Below are positions 29,313 through 38,479 of a stretch of DNA of 64,000 nucleotides, in pieces. Made by a program: the position numbers and the translations under genes. A model generated the notes under the pieces. That model did not search any database, had not been told where the DNA came from, and saw only the letters and a list, made by a program, of their open reading frames with translations. Source of the DNA: a virus; the IMG/VR virus record IMGVR_UViG_3300013125_000002, one strand, 5' to 3'. The number at the start of each line of letters is the position of its first letter. The first letter of the stretch is position 1.

Positions 29313-31415
29313 TCAGGCAGCCATCTTGAGCGGTTTCTTTTCAGCCCAGTTAGTCAGGGAGTAGGAGACCTCAGCCGTCATGGGAACCTTGAAGTGGAAG
29401 TCCTCCATTTGCTTGACGATTTCCGAAAGGAGGGAGATCTCCTCACGGTGCATGTAGAAGACCATCTCGTCGTGAATTGGCATCACAAGACGTGACCTAG
29501 CTTGCGCTTTTTTGAGCACCTCATTGACCCTGACCATGGCAATCTTGAAGAGATCAGCACATGATCCCTGGATCAGATAGTTGACTGCCTGACGCTCGCA
29601 ACGCTCGATCTTCCACTTGTTGACCCTCTCACTCCGCAACAAAGCCCTAAGTTCCGGGAACCTACGGTACCTTCCAAAGTAGTTCTGGACCTCCCCATTC
29701 TGCCGCAACCAGAGCTTGGTATTGGTGATCCACTTCTTCACACCTTTGAGCTTCTGGAAGTACTGATCAATGAAGACCTGGCACTGCTTCTCGGTGTATT
29801 GCTTCTTGGGGGTGCTGATTCTAGCAGCGAGTGTTCGAGCCTGACCGCCATAGATAATCAAGAAGTTGATCATCTTGGCAACCTTACGCATGAAGGACAG
29901 CTCTGCGTAGTCTGGGTGCTTCTCATCCTCCAGGATCTTCACTGCCTCATCGTAGTTGTACCCGAACATCTCGCACATAGTTCGGGTGTGAACGTCCTCA
30001 CCTGTGACATTGTAGACCTCGAGCAGAATGGGATCTTCACTGTAGTGGGCTGTCATGCGGACTTCCATCTGACTGTAGTCCGCAAAGATCATAATGAAGT
30101 CGTCTGTTGAAACGACGTGCCCCCCACAATGAGGACAGGTGCTGGGAATGACCAAAGCCTGACCAAGGTAGCCGCATGGCTTGTGATCAGCACTTCCTAT
30201 GCAGGCAAGAGCCTTGGGCGGAATGAATGCCCTACGGATCGCCTTGTCTTTGGCCGGGATGTTCTGAAGATTCGGCTGTTTTGACGACATGCGGCCTGTC
30301 GTCACATTCTGGTTGTATTCACAGTGGAGCTTGAGCTGCTCGGTGAGCTTCTCCAAGATCGAATCCACATAGGTGGACTTCTTCTTGGTGATTGACCGGT
30401 ACTCCAGAAGGTCTTCACAGACCTGGTACTTGGTTGCCAACATGGAGAGGACTTCGTGATCCAGAGATGGGCGCTGACTAGTTTTCGTTGTCTTGGTCAG
30501 CTTAACTCCGATCTTCTGGAGCGCAGGGATGAGAGAGATGTTGCTGTTGACGTTCACCTTTCCCAACTGGTCAATGATCTTCTGCTTCAGCTCCGCTGCT
30601 TCTTGGTCCAGCCCTGGCCCAGCTTTGCTCAGGTAGTCACGGTTGATGTAGACCCCCTCATGCTCGATCATGAGAAGCACCCGCATGAGCATGTTCTCGA
30701 CCAGGTACAGCTCCATCAGGTAGGGGTCCTCCATGATGAGCTTCAGCTTCTTCTTGTAAAGGACCCATTCATAGTGAGCATCACTGCCGGCGTAGGGGGT
30801 CATCATGTCCAGTGGGATCAGCCCATAGTGGACATCGTTCTTCTTCATCTTGTTCTTGCGTGCATACTCTGCACGCCAAAGATCGATTGCCTTCTCCCAC
30901 TTGTCAGCGTCGGGATGGATCTCGACCGTGGACAAGTACTTCAGCCCCGCTGGCCCATTCTCATTGATCAAGCTGTGCATAAGGCGGGTGTCGTGGACCA
31001 GCCCCCGAGGCATCAGGTTGATCTTAGAGAGATGGTGCCCATCGTGCTTGAAGTTGTGCCAAGCAGTAACCCGCTTCGGATTGAAGTAGAACTCTTCGAG
31101 GTCTGGTCTGATCTTCTCCAGCTCGAGCTGTTTCTCGTTGGTCGAGTGCCCTACTGGAACGTAGTAGCTCTCCTCAGGACCCCACGAAAAGCTGAACCCA
31201 ATGATGTGGCTGGTGACAAATGAAAGCCCATCAGACTCTGTGTCTGATCCTACTTCCATTTGTGCATTGAGGCGCGGAAAGAACTCGCGCCATAGAGCCA
31301 TCGTATTGATCAGGTGATACCGGCCACCCGCCACCCCCTCCCACGTCCTTGGTTTCTGGGGTAAGGCATGAAACGCTTGCCTCACCGTCTGTGCCTGCGA
31401 CGCAGGTCTTTGCAT
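29313..31415 (-). CDS. polA: family A DNA polymerase with 3'-5' exonuclease
   Basis: DTESDG, HNFKHD, YAGSD; TGRMSS..PNLQNIP, DYSQMEVR, KMINFLIIYG, HDE. Confidence 0.97.
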   Translation of the reverse strand: MQRPASQAQTVRQAFHALPQKPRTWEGVAGGRYHLINTMALWREFFPRLNAQMEVGSDTESDGLSFVTSHIIGFSFSWGPEESYYVPVGHSTNEKQLELEKIRPDLEEFYFNPKRVTAWHNFKHDGHHLSKINLMPRGLVHDTRLMHSLINENGPAGLKYLSTVEIHPDADKWEKAIDLWRAEYARKNKMKKNDVHYGLIPLDMMTPYAGSDAHYEWVLYKKKLKLIMEDPYLMELYLVENMLMRVLLMIEHEGVYINRDYLSKAGPGLDQEAAELKQKIIDQLGKVNVNSNISLIPALQKIGVKLTKTTKTSQRPSLDHEVLSMLATKYQVCEDLLEYRSITKKKSTYVDSILEKLTEQLKLHCEYNQNVTTGRMSSKQPNLQNIPAKDKAIRRAFIPPKALACIGSADHKPCGYLGQALVIPSTCPHCGGHVVSTDDFIMIFADYSQMEVRMTAHYSEDPILLEVYNVTGEDVHTRTMCEMFGYNYDEAVKILEDEKHPDYAELSFMRKVAKMINFLIIYGGQARTLAARISTPKKQYTEKQCQVFIDQYFQKLKGVKKWITNTKLWLRQNGEVQNYFGRYRRFPELRALLRSERVNKWKIERCERQAVNYLIQGSCADLFKIAMVRVNEVLKKAQARSRLVMPIHDEMVFYMHREEISLLSEIVKQMEDFHFKVPMTAEVSYSLTNWAEKKPLKMAA

Positions 31416-31436
31416 GTGAGGATCTCCTTGTCAGAG

Positions 31437-31739
31437 CTACTTGATCTTACCTTGGGCCTTCAACCTCTCGATAGCTTCCCCTCTGGTACGGTTGGAGTGG
31501 TCCACGCTCCGCTTCTTCAGAACCTCAGTTCTGACTCCAGGATCGTGGCATTTAGTAGGGAGACCACCCGGGATGGTTGAGACCAGCAGAGAACCACACT
31601 CTGGGCACCCTGACAAGTCCTTCTCGCTTTGCCCAGGCATGATGAGGTCTTCCCAGCAATGCTCACAAGTCTCACATCTGCGATCAATCAAGCGGTGTGG
31701 CATGAAGTAGCTCCTGGCTCGGCCTACAAAGGGTATCAA
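31437..31739 (-). CDS. FmdB-like zinc-ribbon protein
   Basis: CETCEH...CPECGS. Confidence 0.7.
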   Translation of the reverse strand: MIPFVGRARSYFMPHRLIDRRCETCEHCWEDLIMPGQSEKDLSGCPECGSLLVSTIPGGLPTKCHDPGVRTEVLKKRSVDHSNRTRGEAIERLKAQGKIK

Positions 31740-31757
31740 ATCGCTGGAACAGCATAG

Positions 31758-31799
31758 AAAAAGGGCGCACCTGGGATCAAGCCCAGGATGCGCCCTTTG
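31758..31799 (-). terminator. intrinsic terminator
   Basis: AAAGGGCGCA..TGCGCCCTTT stem flanked by A/T tracts. Confidence 0.75.
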
Positions 31800-31815
31800 A
31801 TAGCGGTGTGAATTC

Positions 31816-32388
31816 TCACGCCTTCTTGACTGGCGTGCGGACTACTGGTGTGCGCCGGATTGGTTGTGGCTGCGGAGATACCGGAGCCTGTGCTGCTGCC
31901 CGAGTCATGGGTGTGCGTTTGACTGGCGTCTTGCGCACCGCTGTCCGTTCCACCTTCGGCTGTTCCAGCTTCTCCTTGATCTTCTCGATCTGCTTCGCCT
32001 GTTCCTCCTTCAGAAGACTGGCTTCCTCTGCGAGTAGTGTGTCGATGAAGACCTCGGGGGCCTGGCGAGCTGCCTTGGCAGTGCTACCCTCGAGCACCTC
32101 GCACTGCTTGACCGACCATACCTGGTCCTTGATCGTAGGCAGCTTGATCTTCGGATACCGCTTCAGAAGAGCAGTGTAGATGACCTCCACTGCTACTGAA
32201 TGCCCGTAGATGTCAAAGCCATCCTTGGTCTTGCGCTCTGGCCGAGTGATTCCCAGTGACTCACCACAGCGAAGTAGTGTGCCAGCTCTCAGAGGTGATG
32301 GGTTGTCACCACTCACGATCTTGTCCTCACTGCGTCGCGTACACCTCCCGAGAACCGGGAAGTCGAAGATGACTGCCTCGTACATCAC
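31816..32388 (-). CDS. hypothetical protein with multi-RTP C-terminal tail
   Basis: Tail RKTPVKRTPM...RRTPVVRTPVKKA. Confidence 0.75.
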   Translation of the reverse strand: MMYEAVIFDFPVLGRCTRRSEDKIVSGDNPSPLRAGTLLRCGESLGITRPERKTKDGFDIYGHSVAVEVIYTALLKRYPKIKLPTIKDQVWSVKQCEVLEGSTAKAARQAPEVFIDTLLAEEASLLKEEQAKQIEKIKEKLEQPKVERTAVRKTPVKRTPMTRAAAQAPVSPQPQPIRRTPVVRTPVKKA

Positions 32389-33050
32389 TCAGCAGTGTGG
32401 TTCTCGGTGTTGTTCTCCGCAGAGGCCTGAGCCGCACGACGGGCAGCCTCAGCAGCCTTCTCCTGAGCCGCCTTCTTGCCAGCTCGCTGAGCCGCCTCCT
32501 TGGCCTTCTCCTTGGCCGCCGCCTTGCCATCCCCATTCGAGCCGTTCGCCGGCTTGGCCTCCTTGGGCGCCTTGGCAGCCTTCTTCACCGGCTCCTTCTT
32601 GGCAGCCTTGGCGACCTTCTTGACCTTCTCCTTGGGAGCCTTGGCAGCCTTCTTGGTGGTCTTGGGGGCCTTCTTCGCAGCCGCCTCCTTCTTGGCCTTG
32701 GGCTGACGCTTGGGCTTGTCCTCACTGGCCGAAGCCGTCACGTCCACCTTCTGGGCCGTCCACTCCTTGCCCTTTCTCGAGAGCTGGTAGGTGCCACGAC
32801 CGAGGCTGGCCTTGGTGTGCGGGCCGTCCACCCAACCGTCCCTGCAGAGCCGACGGACGGAGTTGCGGACGAAGCTCTGCGCCTGGGCATCGACCTCCTT
32901 GTCACCCCAGCCCTTCTCGTAGGTCACGGCGCAGCGAGCCTTGGCATCCTTCACGAAGAGCTTCTTCAGCTCACGGATGTCGTGCTGCTCCCCGTCCTTG
33001 AGAACGTCGTACAGCTTCTGCTCTTTGTCGTTGAACCCCTTGATCTTCAT
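32385..33050 (-). CDS. winged-helix protein with histone H1-like Lys/Ala tail
   Basis: FVRNSVRRL...RGTYQLS followed by KKAAKAPK repeats. Confidence 0.7.
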   Translation of the reverse strand: MKIKGFNDKEQKLYDVLKDGEQHDIRELKKLFVKDAKARCAVTYEKGWGDKEVDAQAQSFVRNSVRRLCRDGWVDGPHTKASLGRGTYQLSRKGKEWTAQKVDVTASASEDKPKRQPKAKKEAAAKKAPKTTKKAAKAPKEKVKKVAKAAKKEPVKKAAKAPKEAKPANGSNGDGKAAAKEKAKEAAQRAGKKAAQEKAAEAARRAAQASAENNTENHTAE

Positions 33051-33781
33051 CTCCCACTCCTCTGGTGTGCAGCGAACGTCGCTGCCATGTTTCTTGCTTG
33101 TTGGAGATCAGTTTCGTTCCATCTCTCTTCCCACCCATCCCACGGCTTCGGCTCTGTCACACTGATCTCCTTTTGTGAAGACCGAAGGAACTCTTGGAAC
33201 TTCTTGTCCAGCCAGGGTGGAGTCCAGCACCCTGACCTGCAAACGTGAATCGTGTCGATCTTTGGCTTGCACCCAAGTGCCTCTCGCAACTTCTCCAACC
33301 TCGTAACAGTGATCTGTTCTCGTATCTTCTTTGGCACTCCTTTCAGTGTGAGGTTCTTTTGCCACTTGGGCTTCACCCAGAACATATGAAGCGGATTGCG
33401 CTTGTATCTCCCCATTCGTAGCCACACACGAACCCAATTTGCACAGTCGATCCTGTGTGGGTTCTCATCCCAAGGCAAACAATCGTGATGTGCGTCTACG
33501 AGGATGAGTCGATCATGTCTATCCACCAGGTGAAAGCAACTCGAGTGAGAGTCTGATACATCGATCTTGGTGCATTTGTCAAGATCGACGATCTCTCTCA
33601 TCCTCTCCCAAAACGAATCCTCCTGTCCAGAGGTTTTCCACACCTCCATAAGTGTGGCACGAGTGAACCACACGAACTTCAGAAAGAGAGTGGACTCTCG
33701 GTGACCAGCATCCCAGATTGGATCCTCGGGCACGAACCAATCCCAGTCGACACTGAGGATCCACCTATCATTTATCCCCAT
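33047..33781 (-). CDS. arginase/deacetylase-fold (UPF0489-like) metallohydrolase
   Basis: SVDWDWF, DSH, VDAHHD, CANW, CRSGCWTPP. Confidence 0.65.
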   Translation of the reverse strand: MGINDRWILSVDWDWFVPEDPIWDAGHRESTLFLKFVWFTRATLMEVWKTSGQEDSFWERMREIVDLDKCTKIDVSDSHSSCFHLVDRHDRLILVDAHHDCLPWDENPHRIDCANWVRVWLRMGRYKRNPLHMFWVKPKWQKNLTLKGVPKKIREQITVTRLEKLREALGCKPKIDTIHVCRSGCWTPPWLDKKFQEFLRSSQKEISVTEPKPWDGWEERWNETDLQQARNMAATFAAHQRSGR

Positions 33782-34311
33782 TCGACTCCATCCAGGGAAC
33801 CCGCTACTTGTGGTCTCCAGTCCTGTTCTTCCTTCTTCTCACCATCCTCGCTGGCAGAACTTCTGATCTCATCAGCGACTGAATCAAAAGAATCAAAAGC
33901 TGCCTCTGCTTGGTCCACGTACTCCTGCAGGGTGTCAACCACTGGACTGCCATTGGGGAATGCATCCTGAACATTCGAGAGCTTGTCTTCGGTCTCACTC
34001 TTGAGACTCTCGAGTTCCTCCTTGATGCAATCCAACTCATCAGCCACATCCTCAGCTGATTCATAGTTGGCTAGATCAGTGGCAAGATCGGAGAACCTCT
34101 CCTGCAGCTCATAGAACTGTGACAGAAACTCACTCTGAGTGAGCTGACTGGGTCTCGGTCGGGTCTTCGAGAACCTCTTGACACTACTTCGACCGACACG
34201 AAACTGCCACCACCAGTAGCTGTCCCCTTTCTTGATATCGTGATCAGGATTATCCTTACGGGCAGATTTCACAAAATGGGCACGAGCCATGAGCAGAAAC
34301 TCCTTACTCAT
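33772..34311 (-). CDS. hypothetical protein
   Basis: KSARKD...IKKGDSYWWW followed by an acidic coiled coil. Confidence 0.75.
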   Translation of the reverse strand: MSKEFLLMARAHFVKSARKDNPDHDIKKGDSYWWWQFRVGRSSVKRFSKTRPRPSQLTQSEFLSQFYELQERFSDLATDLANYESAEDVADELDCIKEELESLKSETEDKLSNVQDAFPNGSPVVDTLQEYVDQAEAAFDSFDSVADEIRSSASEDGEKKEEQDWRPQVAGSLDGVEWG

Positions 34312-34888
34312 ATGTCCGAACTACTCGATCCTCTCTCAGCCTCTGACTGAACCACTGCTTGCAGAAAGGCAGTAGCGTATTCCTCAAGAAAAGCGTCTGC
34401 CCATCGGGGGCACAGACCAGATACTCGTACAGAGGATCGAACTCCTTCGACAAGAACTCAGGAGCATCCCGTACAAATGTCTCTGGTCCTGAATCCCAAT
34501 CACACTGATCGAGTTCCTCCTTCACCAGCTCTAAGTAGTCAGACTTGTCCACCTCTGACGAATGGATGCACCCCTGATCCAACCTCTGCTGAGCATGCTC
34601 CAAGATGAGCTTCCGAGTGTCTTCAGGGCTCCACGGATCCCGCTTCCCCATAGTCAACTTCCCAGTGAGATAGTGATTGTCTGCACTAAGAAGAAAGTGC
34701 TTCAGGCTTGGCTCGTCATGACTCCGAGGCAGCCAGTAGTATGACCACCTGCCCCAGTCGGACTCGATGCTGAACAACCCCATCGACTCGTCGATCACAA
34801 TCACAGCCCAGCCACTTGGCTGAAACCAGAACTTGTAGACCTCCGCCTCACCCCTCTCTTCCTTCCTGAGGATCAACTCTTGGTTCAC
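34304..34888 (-). CDS. hypothetical protein
   Basis: ORF with GGAGG SD. Confidence 0.7.
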   Translation of the reverse strand: MNQELILRKEERGEAEVYKFWFQPSGWAVIVIDESMGLFSIESDWGRWSYYWLPRSHDEPSLKHFLLSADNHYLTGKLTMGKRDPWSPEDTRKLILEHAQQRLDQGCIHSSEVDKSDYLELVKEELDQCDWDSGPETFVRDAPEFLSKEFDPLYEYLVCAPDGQTLFLRNTLLPFCKQWFSQRLREDRVVRTYE

Positions 34889-35277
34889 GTATCCTCCTCC
34901 CTAGCCTTCAAGTACTCCTCAAGAAGGCCACGCTGGCATGCCTCTCGTTGCTGATTGAAAAGAGAGGATGAGCACCCAGCCCCAATGGCCATCCCTTCCT
35001 TGAGTCTCTCGACTGTAGGTGCTGGCTCTTCCAGAACCGCTTGGCACCAAAAGCGGCCCTCCTTCTGATCCCAAACCAAACCCTTGCACGGCTCGGGGTG
35101 TCTGTCCCAGCCCCTGAGGAAGGCTACCCGACAGGGCACCTTGCAGCAGCAGTAGCCACAGCCCACACAAGGCTCATAGTAGGGATCAATGCCGAACTTG
35201 ATCCAATCAATCTCTTTTTGGTTCACCCCACTTCTCCCTACTTGATCACCTGCTCGAAGTCCTCGACCGCCAGCCAT
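34885..35277 (-). CDS. YkgJ-like CxxCxxCC metal-cluster protein
   Basis: CVGCGYCCCKVPC; true start probably near 35226. Confidence 0.65.
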   Translation of the reverse strand: MAGGRGLRAGDQVGRSGVNQKEIDWIKFGIDPYYEPCVGCGYCCCKVPCRVAFLRGWDRHPEPCKGLVWDQKEGRFWCQAVLEEPAPTVERLKEGMAIGAGCSSSLFNQQREACQRGLLEEYLKAREEDT

Positions 35278-36137
35278 TCCTTCAGCTTCGGTTTGATCTC
35301 CTCGACAGTTTGCAGGAACTTTTGGTTCTCCTCAGTTCCCTCCGTTGTCGACGCACGCAGAAAAGAGAAGACCTCACCAGCTGGTGCCTCTCTGTCGAAC
35401 TTGAGATAGGACAGCAGCTCCAGAGAAGTTGTCCGACAGCGATACTCGAAGTCCGGAACGTGCTTCACCAGAAGCTTAGGGCTATCCCACTCGAAGTCCA
35501 TCAGATGGAAGTCGAAGACAGTCCTCGCATAGCCAGCCAAGGCTGGGACCCCCAGCTTCCCTAAGGCTCGCTCCCAGATGCGACCTCGCTCCTTCCACTT
35601 CTGGTAACCCTTGCCGTCGGTCATCCCCTCAGGAGGATCGGTATTATTCCAATACCCAAAGGGCACAACTCCTGGCATCGAGTTCCAGATCTTCTCGAAC
35701 TCCTTCTGCTGTGTGTAGAGCAGTGCCAGAATCCGCTGCCCCTGAGCCGGAACCAACACCACCTCACATGCGAAGTCCAGATCACTTCGACCTGAGTTCC
35801 TCCCTGCCTCAAGAACACCTTGGAACAGCTGGCTCTTCACCATGAGCCAAACAACTGCCCCACTCTGAGTTCGCATGTGTTCTGGAACCGGCACATTCAC
35901 AGCTGTGAAGTCGATGAGAGCAGTGCAGGAGGCTGCCACCTGCTTACGGAACATCCTGTCAGCCACCGGCTTCAGCTTGTCCCTGAACTTCGTCAGCAGC
36001 CGATGAACCGAAGGCCAGCTCTTTGATGTACAGCAATATCCGTTGTAGATCTTTGTGCTCATGGTCAAACCTTGGGCTCGATAGTAGTGAGCCAGAGATC
36101 CTCCTTGAAGACCTTCTCTCGACCAGTCAGACGCCAC
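35238..36137 (-). CDS. hypothetical protein (likely start MSTKIY near 36062)
   Basis: Long ORF, YWNNTDPPE motif. Confidence 0.7.
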   Translation of the reverse strand: MASDWSREGLQGGSLAHYYRAQGLTMSTKIYNGYCCTSKSWPSVHRLLTKFRDKLKPVADRMFRKQVAASCTALIDFTAVNVPVPEHMRTQSGAVVWLMVKSQLFQGVLEAGRNSGRSDLDFACEVVLVPAQGQRILALLYTQQKEFEKIWNSMPGVVPFGYWNNTDPPEGMTDGKGYQKWKERGRIWERALGKLGVPALAGYARTVFDFHLMDFEWDSPKLLVKHVPDFEYRCRTTSLELLSYLKFDREAPAGEVFSFLRASTTEGTEENQKFLQTVEEIKPKLKEWLAVEDFEQVIK

Positions 36138-36442
36138 TTCCGCTCAGCTCGGAGATGTGCTTCTGCTAGCTTCTTGTTGTCGTAGATACCCCGGAAGCCA
36201 CCAGGCTCGACATGAAGACATGCTGTCTTGAGAGCCTTCACCAGAGCATCCGGAGCTTTGCTGAACGGCAGGTAACCAATGGTCAAGATCTCCTCGTACT
36301 GCCAAGTGACAATGTAGAGCTTGTTGGGCTTCTTCATGGCCACTGACCCCTCCAAACTAATCCAGTGGGTCTCCCACATGGCGGACGTGAGGGTTACGCG
36401 ATCTATTCGGATCTTCGGGGTGGTTCCACTTACTCGCGACAC
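36065..36442 (-). CDS. hypothetical protein (likely start MKKPNK)
   Basis: GGAGG SD before an internal start. Confidence 0.55.
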   Translation of the reverse strand: MSRVSGTTPKIRIDRVTLTSAMWETHWISLEGSVAMKKPNKLYIVTWQYEEILTIGYLPFSKAPDALVKALKTACLHVEPGGFRGIYDNKKLAEAHLRAERKWRLTGREKVFKEDLWLTTIEPKV

Positions 36443-36544
36443 CCCTACTCCTTCTACCCCACCTGGCCTCGCCAGTTTGTCGTGGTCTTGGACACCGCAA
36501 CGCCCTGGCTGTGTGGTGCAAACGACCCACTGGACTAGACTGAT

Positions 36545-36901
36545 CTACTTCTTGCTCTTGGCCTTCTTTGGCTCTGCCAGCTTGATCAGATCCTTGAGGT
36601 CAAGATCGACCGTGGCCTCGACCCACCAGTGATGATGGCCTTCTTCAGGCACCTCCGGAGCGCTGTGCTCCATGCCCTGTTGGCGATTGGTTCTGATCTC
36701 CTCATTCGAGATGATGCCACTCTCCTCCGCCGCGATGAAGTCCAGCCCCACCACCTGATCGAAGATGTCTTTCGCTGAATCCAGCCCGAACTTCCTGTCG
36801 TTGTAGACGAGGAACACCTTGAGGATGTCATCGCCCTTCTGCTTTGCGAGCTGTTGCAACCACTGCTCGTCTGCTTCACCCAGAAGATCACTGACTCTCA
36901 T
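36545..36901 (-). CDS. hypothetical protein
   Basis: GAGGAGG SD. Confidence 0.7.
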   Translation of the reverse strand: MRVSDLLGEADEQWLQQLAKQKGDDILKVFLVYNDRKFGLDSAKDIFDQVVGLDFIAAEESGIISNEEIRTNRQQGMEHSAPEVPEEGHHHWWVEATVDLDLKDLIKLAEPKKAKSKK

Positions 36902-36913
36902 GGCATCCTCCTC

Positions 36914-38023
36914 TTACTGAACGATCATCTTGTTAGCGGTCTTCTTCAGCGCATCGAGCACATCATCGATCTGAGTCTGTGTCAGCAGCTTCATGCGCTG
37001 CGGGAAGAACTCATAGGTGTGCTTGATGCTCTTCTTGGGCGTGGGCTCGAGCGAGTGACCACGCTTTCTCATCTCCTCTGCGAGGAACGGGTTCATGTCG
37101 AGCCAGCCACCACCAGCCGCATTCACCCAGAGCCTCATCACATGCATGCCGTTGTAGAAGTAGATGTGGTAGCTCGCACGCTGGGAAAACTGGTATCCCT
37201 TCCCGTACTTGTCCACGAACCACTTCTGACCGTACTCCCGCTGCTCCTTGGTGCCGACGCTCCAGTAGATCCAATTGTCAGGCAGCGTCTTGGGCTCGAT
37301 CTTCTCCTGGAGCTGTCTCGCCAGATCATCAATCGGACGGTTCTGGTCGACGTAGGGGCGCCGCACCTTCTTCTTGGTCGGGTCGGTCTCCTTCTTCGCC
37401 TTGGCAGCCTTCTTCTTGGCCTTCTTGTTGAGCTTTCGGTTCTTGGTGTTCTTGGCGAAGTCGTCCTGGACCTTCTTGCCAGTACCCCCATGAACGAGCT
37501 TCATGAGCTTGGCACCGTCCTCCTGGTCCAGCTCTGCCAGCTCCTCCTTCGCCGCGACATCCTCCTCGACCGATCCGATGGCCTGCGTGTGGACCGCCTC
37601 ACAGAGCGTCCGCAACCCACACTCGACCTCTGGGCAGTAGTTCTTCTCATCTGGTGAGTACCAGAGCTTGCCAAAGCACTCCGTCCCCTGGATGGCATCC
37701 CTGACCGAAGGACTCTGTGACTTGAGAATCCTCTTGATCACCGGCTCGAAGGGGTCCTCCTCCTTGGCCTGCTCCTCCGACTCATCCGGAAGATCATCAG
37801 GCAGGTCCTCCCCATCCTCCGTCTCATCGTCCTCGATCAGCTGCCGAACCTGCTTCTTGCCACTCACGATACTATCCCCGAGAGCCTCCGACGAAGCCGG
37901 AACACTCAGAATCGGGGCTGGATCGAACTCGTCTTGCTTCAAGGCGCTACTCCCAACACGGGTCATGTTGTTCTCCAATGTCCTCGATGACTGCTTTGAC
38001 GACTTCTCTGATTTTCGAGACAA
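36914..38023 (-). CDS. hypothetical protein with CFG-type Cys4 domain
   Basis: ECFGKLWYSPDEKNYCPEVECGLRTLC. Confidence 0.75.
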   Translation of the reverse strand: MSRKSEKSSKQSSRTLENNMTRVGSSALKQDEFDPAPILSVPASSEALGDSIVSGKKQVRQLIEDDETEDGEDLPDDLPDESEEQAKEEDPFEPVIKRILKSQSPSVRDAIQGTECFGKLWYSPDEKNYCPEVECGLRTLCEAVHTQAIGSVEEDVAAKEELAELDQEDGAKLMKLVHGGTGKKVQDDFAKNTKNRKLNKKAKKKAAKAKKETDPTKKKVRRPYVDQNRPIDDLARQLQEKIEPKTLPDNWIYWSVGTKEQREYGQKWFVDKYGKGYQFSQRASYHIYFYNGMHVMRLWVNAAGGGWLDMNPFLAEEMRKRGHSLEPTPKKSIKHTYEFFPQRMKLLTQTQIDDVLDALKKTANKMIVQ

Positions 38024-38477
38024 CGCGGCTCACCTTTCTTGGGTGCATCTGGAGAAGCTTGGCATAGCACAGCTGCTCACCGCACGTTGCCGTCTTGACC
38101 TTGGACACGAATTCCGGTGATGTGTTGAGCATCAACCGAAAGACTTCGATCTCTTCCACCCTGAGGTAACGCTCCGCCTCCTGGCAAAGAGTATCAAAGC
38201 CACGCTCGACGGGGGGCATGGTCTCTTCGACAGTAGCAAGGAGGTGCATCGGGAACCTCACCCGGTACACTCTCGCTTTCTGCATGTCTTTTCGATACCA
38301 CGTCAACCTTCGGTGGAGGTAGCTAGAGAACTTCCCCGATCCCGCCTTCCACCGTCTCTCTGTCTCAACCGCTAGCAACCACAGGTCTCCGCGAATGTCA
38401 TCCGGATCTAGGTCAGGGCAATCTCGTGCGATGAGATGAGTGAACTTGTGGATCATCTTCGCGCACGAGAGCAGCAT
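37947..38477 (-). CDS. phage sigma70/ECF-like sigma factor
   Basis: Region 2-like DPDDIRGDLWLLAVE...KFSSYLHRRL; region 4-like HTH AKLLQMHPRKVSRVVSKIR. Confidence 0.65.
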   Translation of the reverse strand: MLLSCAKMIHKFTHLIARDCPDLDPDDIRGDLWLLAVETERRWKAGSGKFSSYLHRRLTWYRKDMQKARVYRVRFPMHLLATVEETMPPVERGFDTLCQEAERYLRVEEIEVFRLMLNTSPEFVSKVKTATCGEQLCYAKLLQMHPRKVSRVVSKIREVVKAVIEDIGEQHDPCWE

Positions 38478-38479
38478 TT

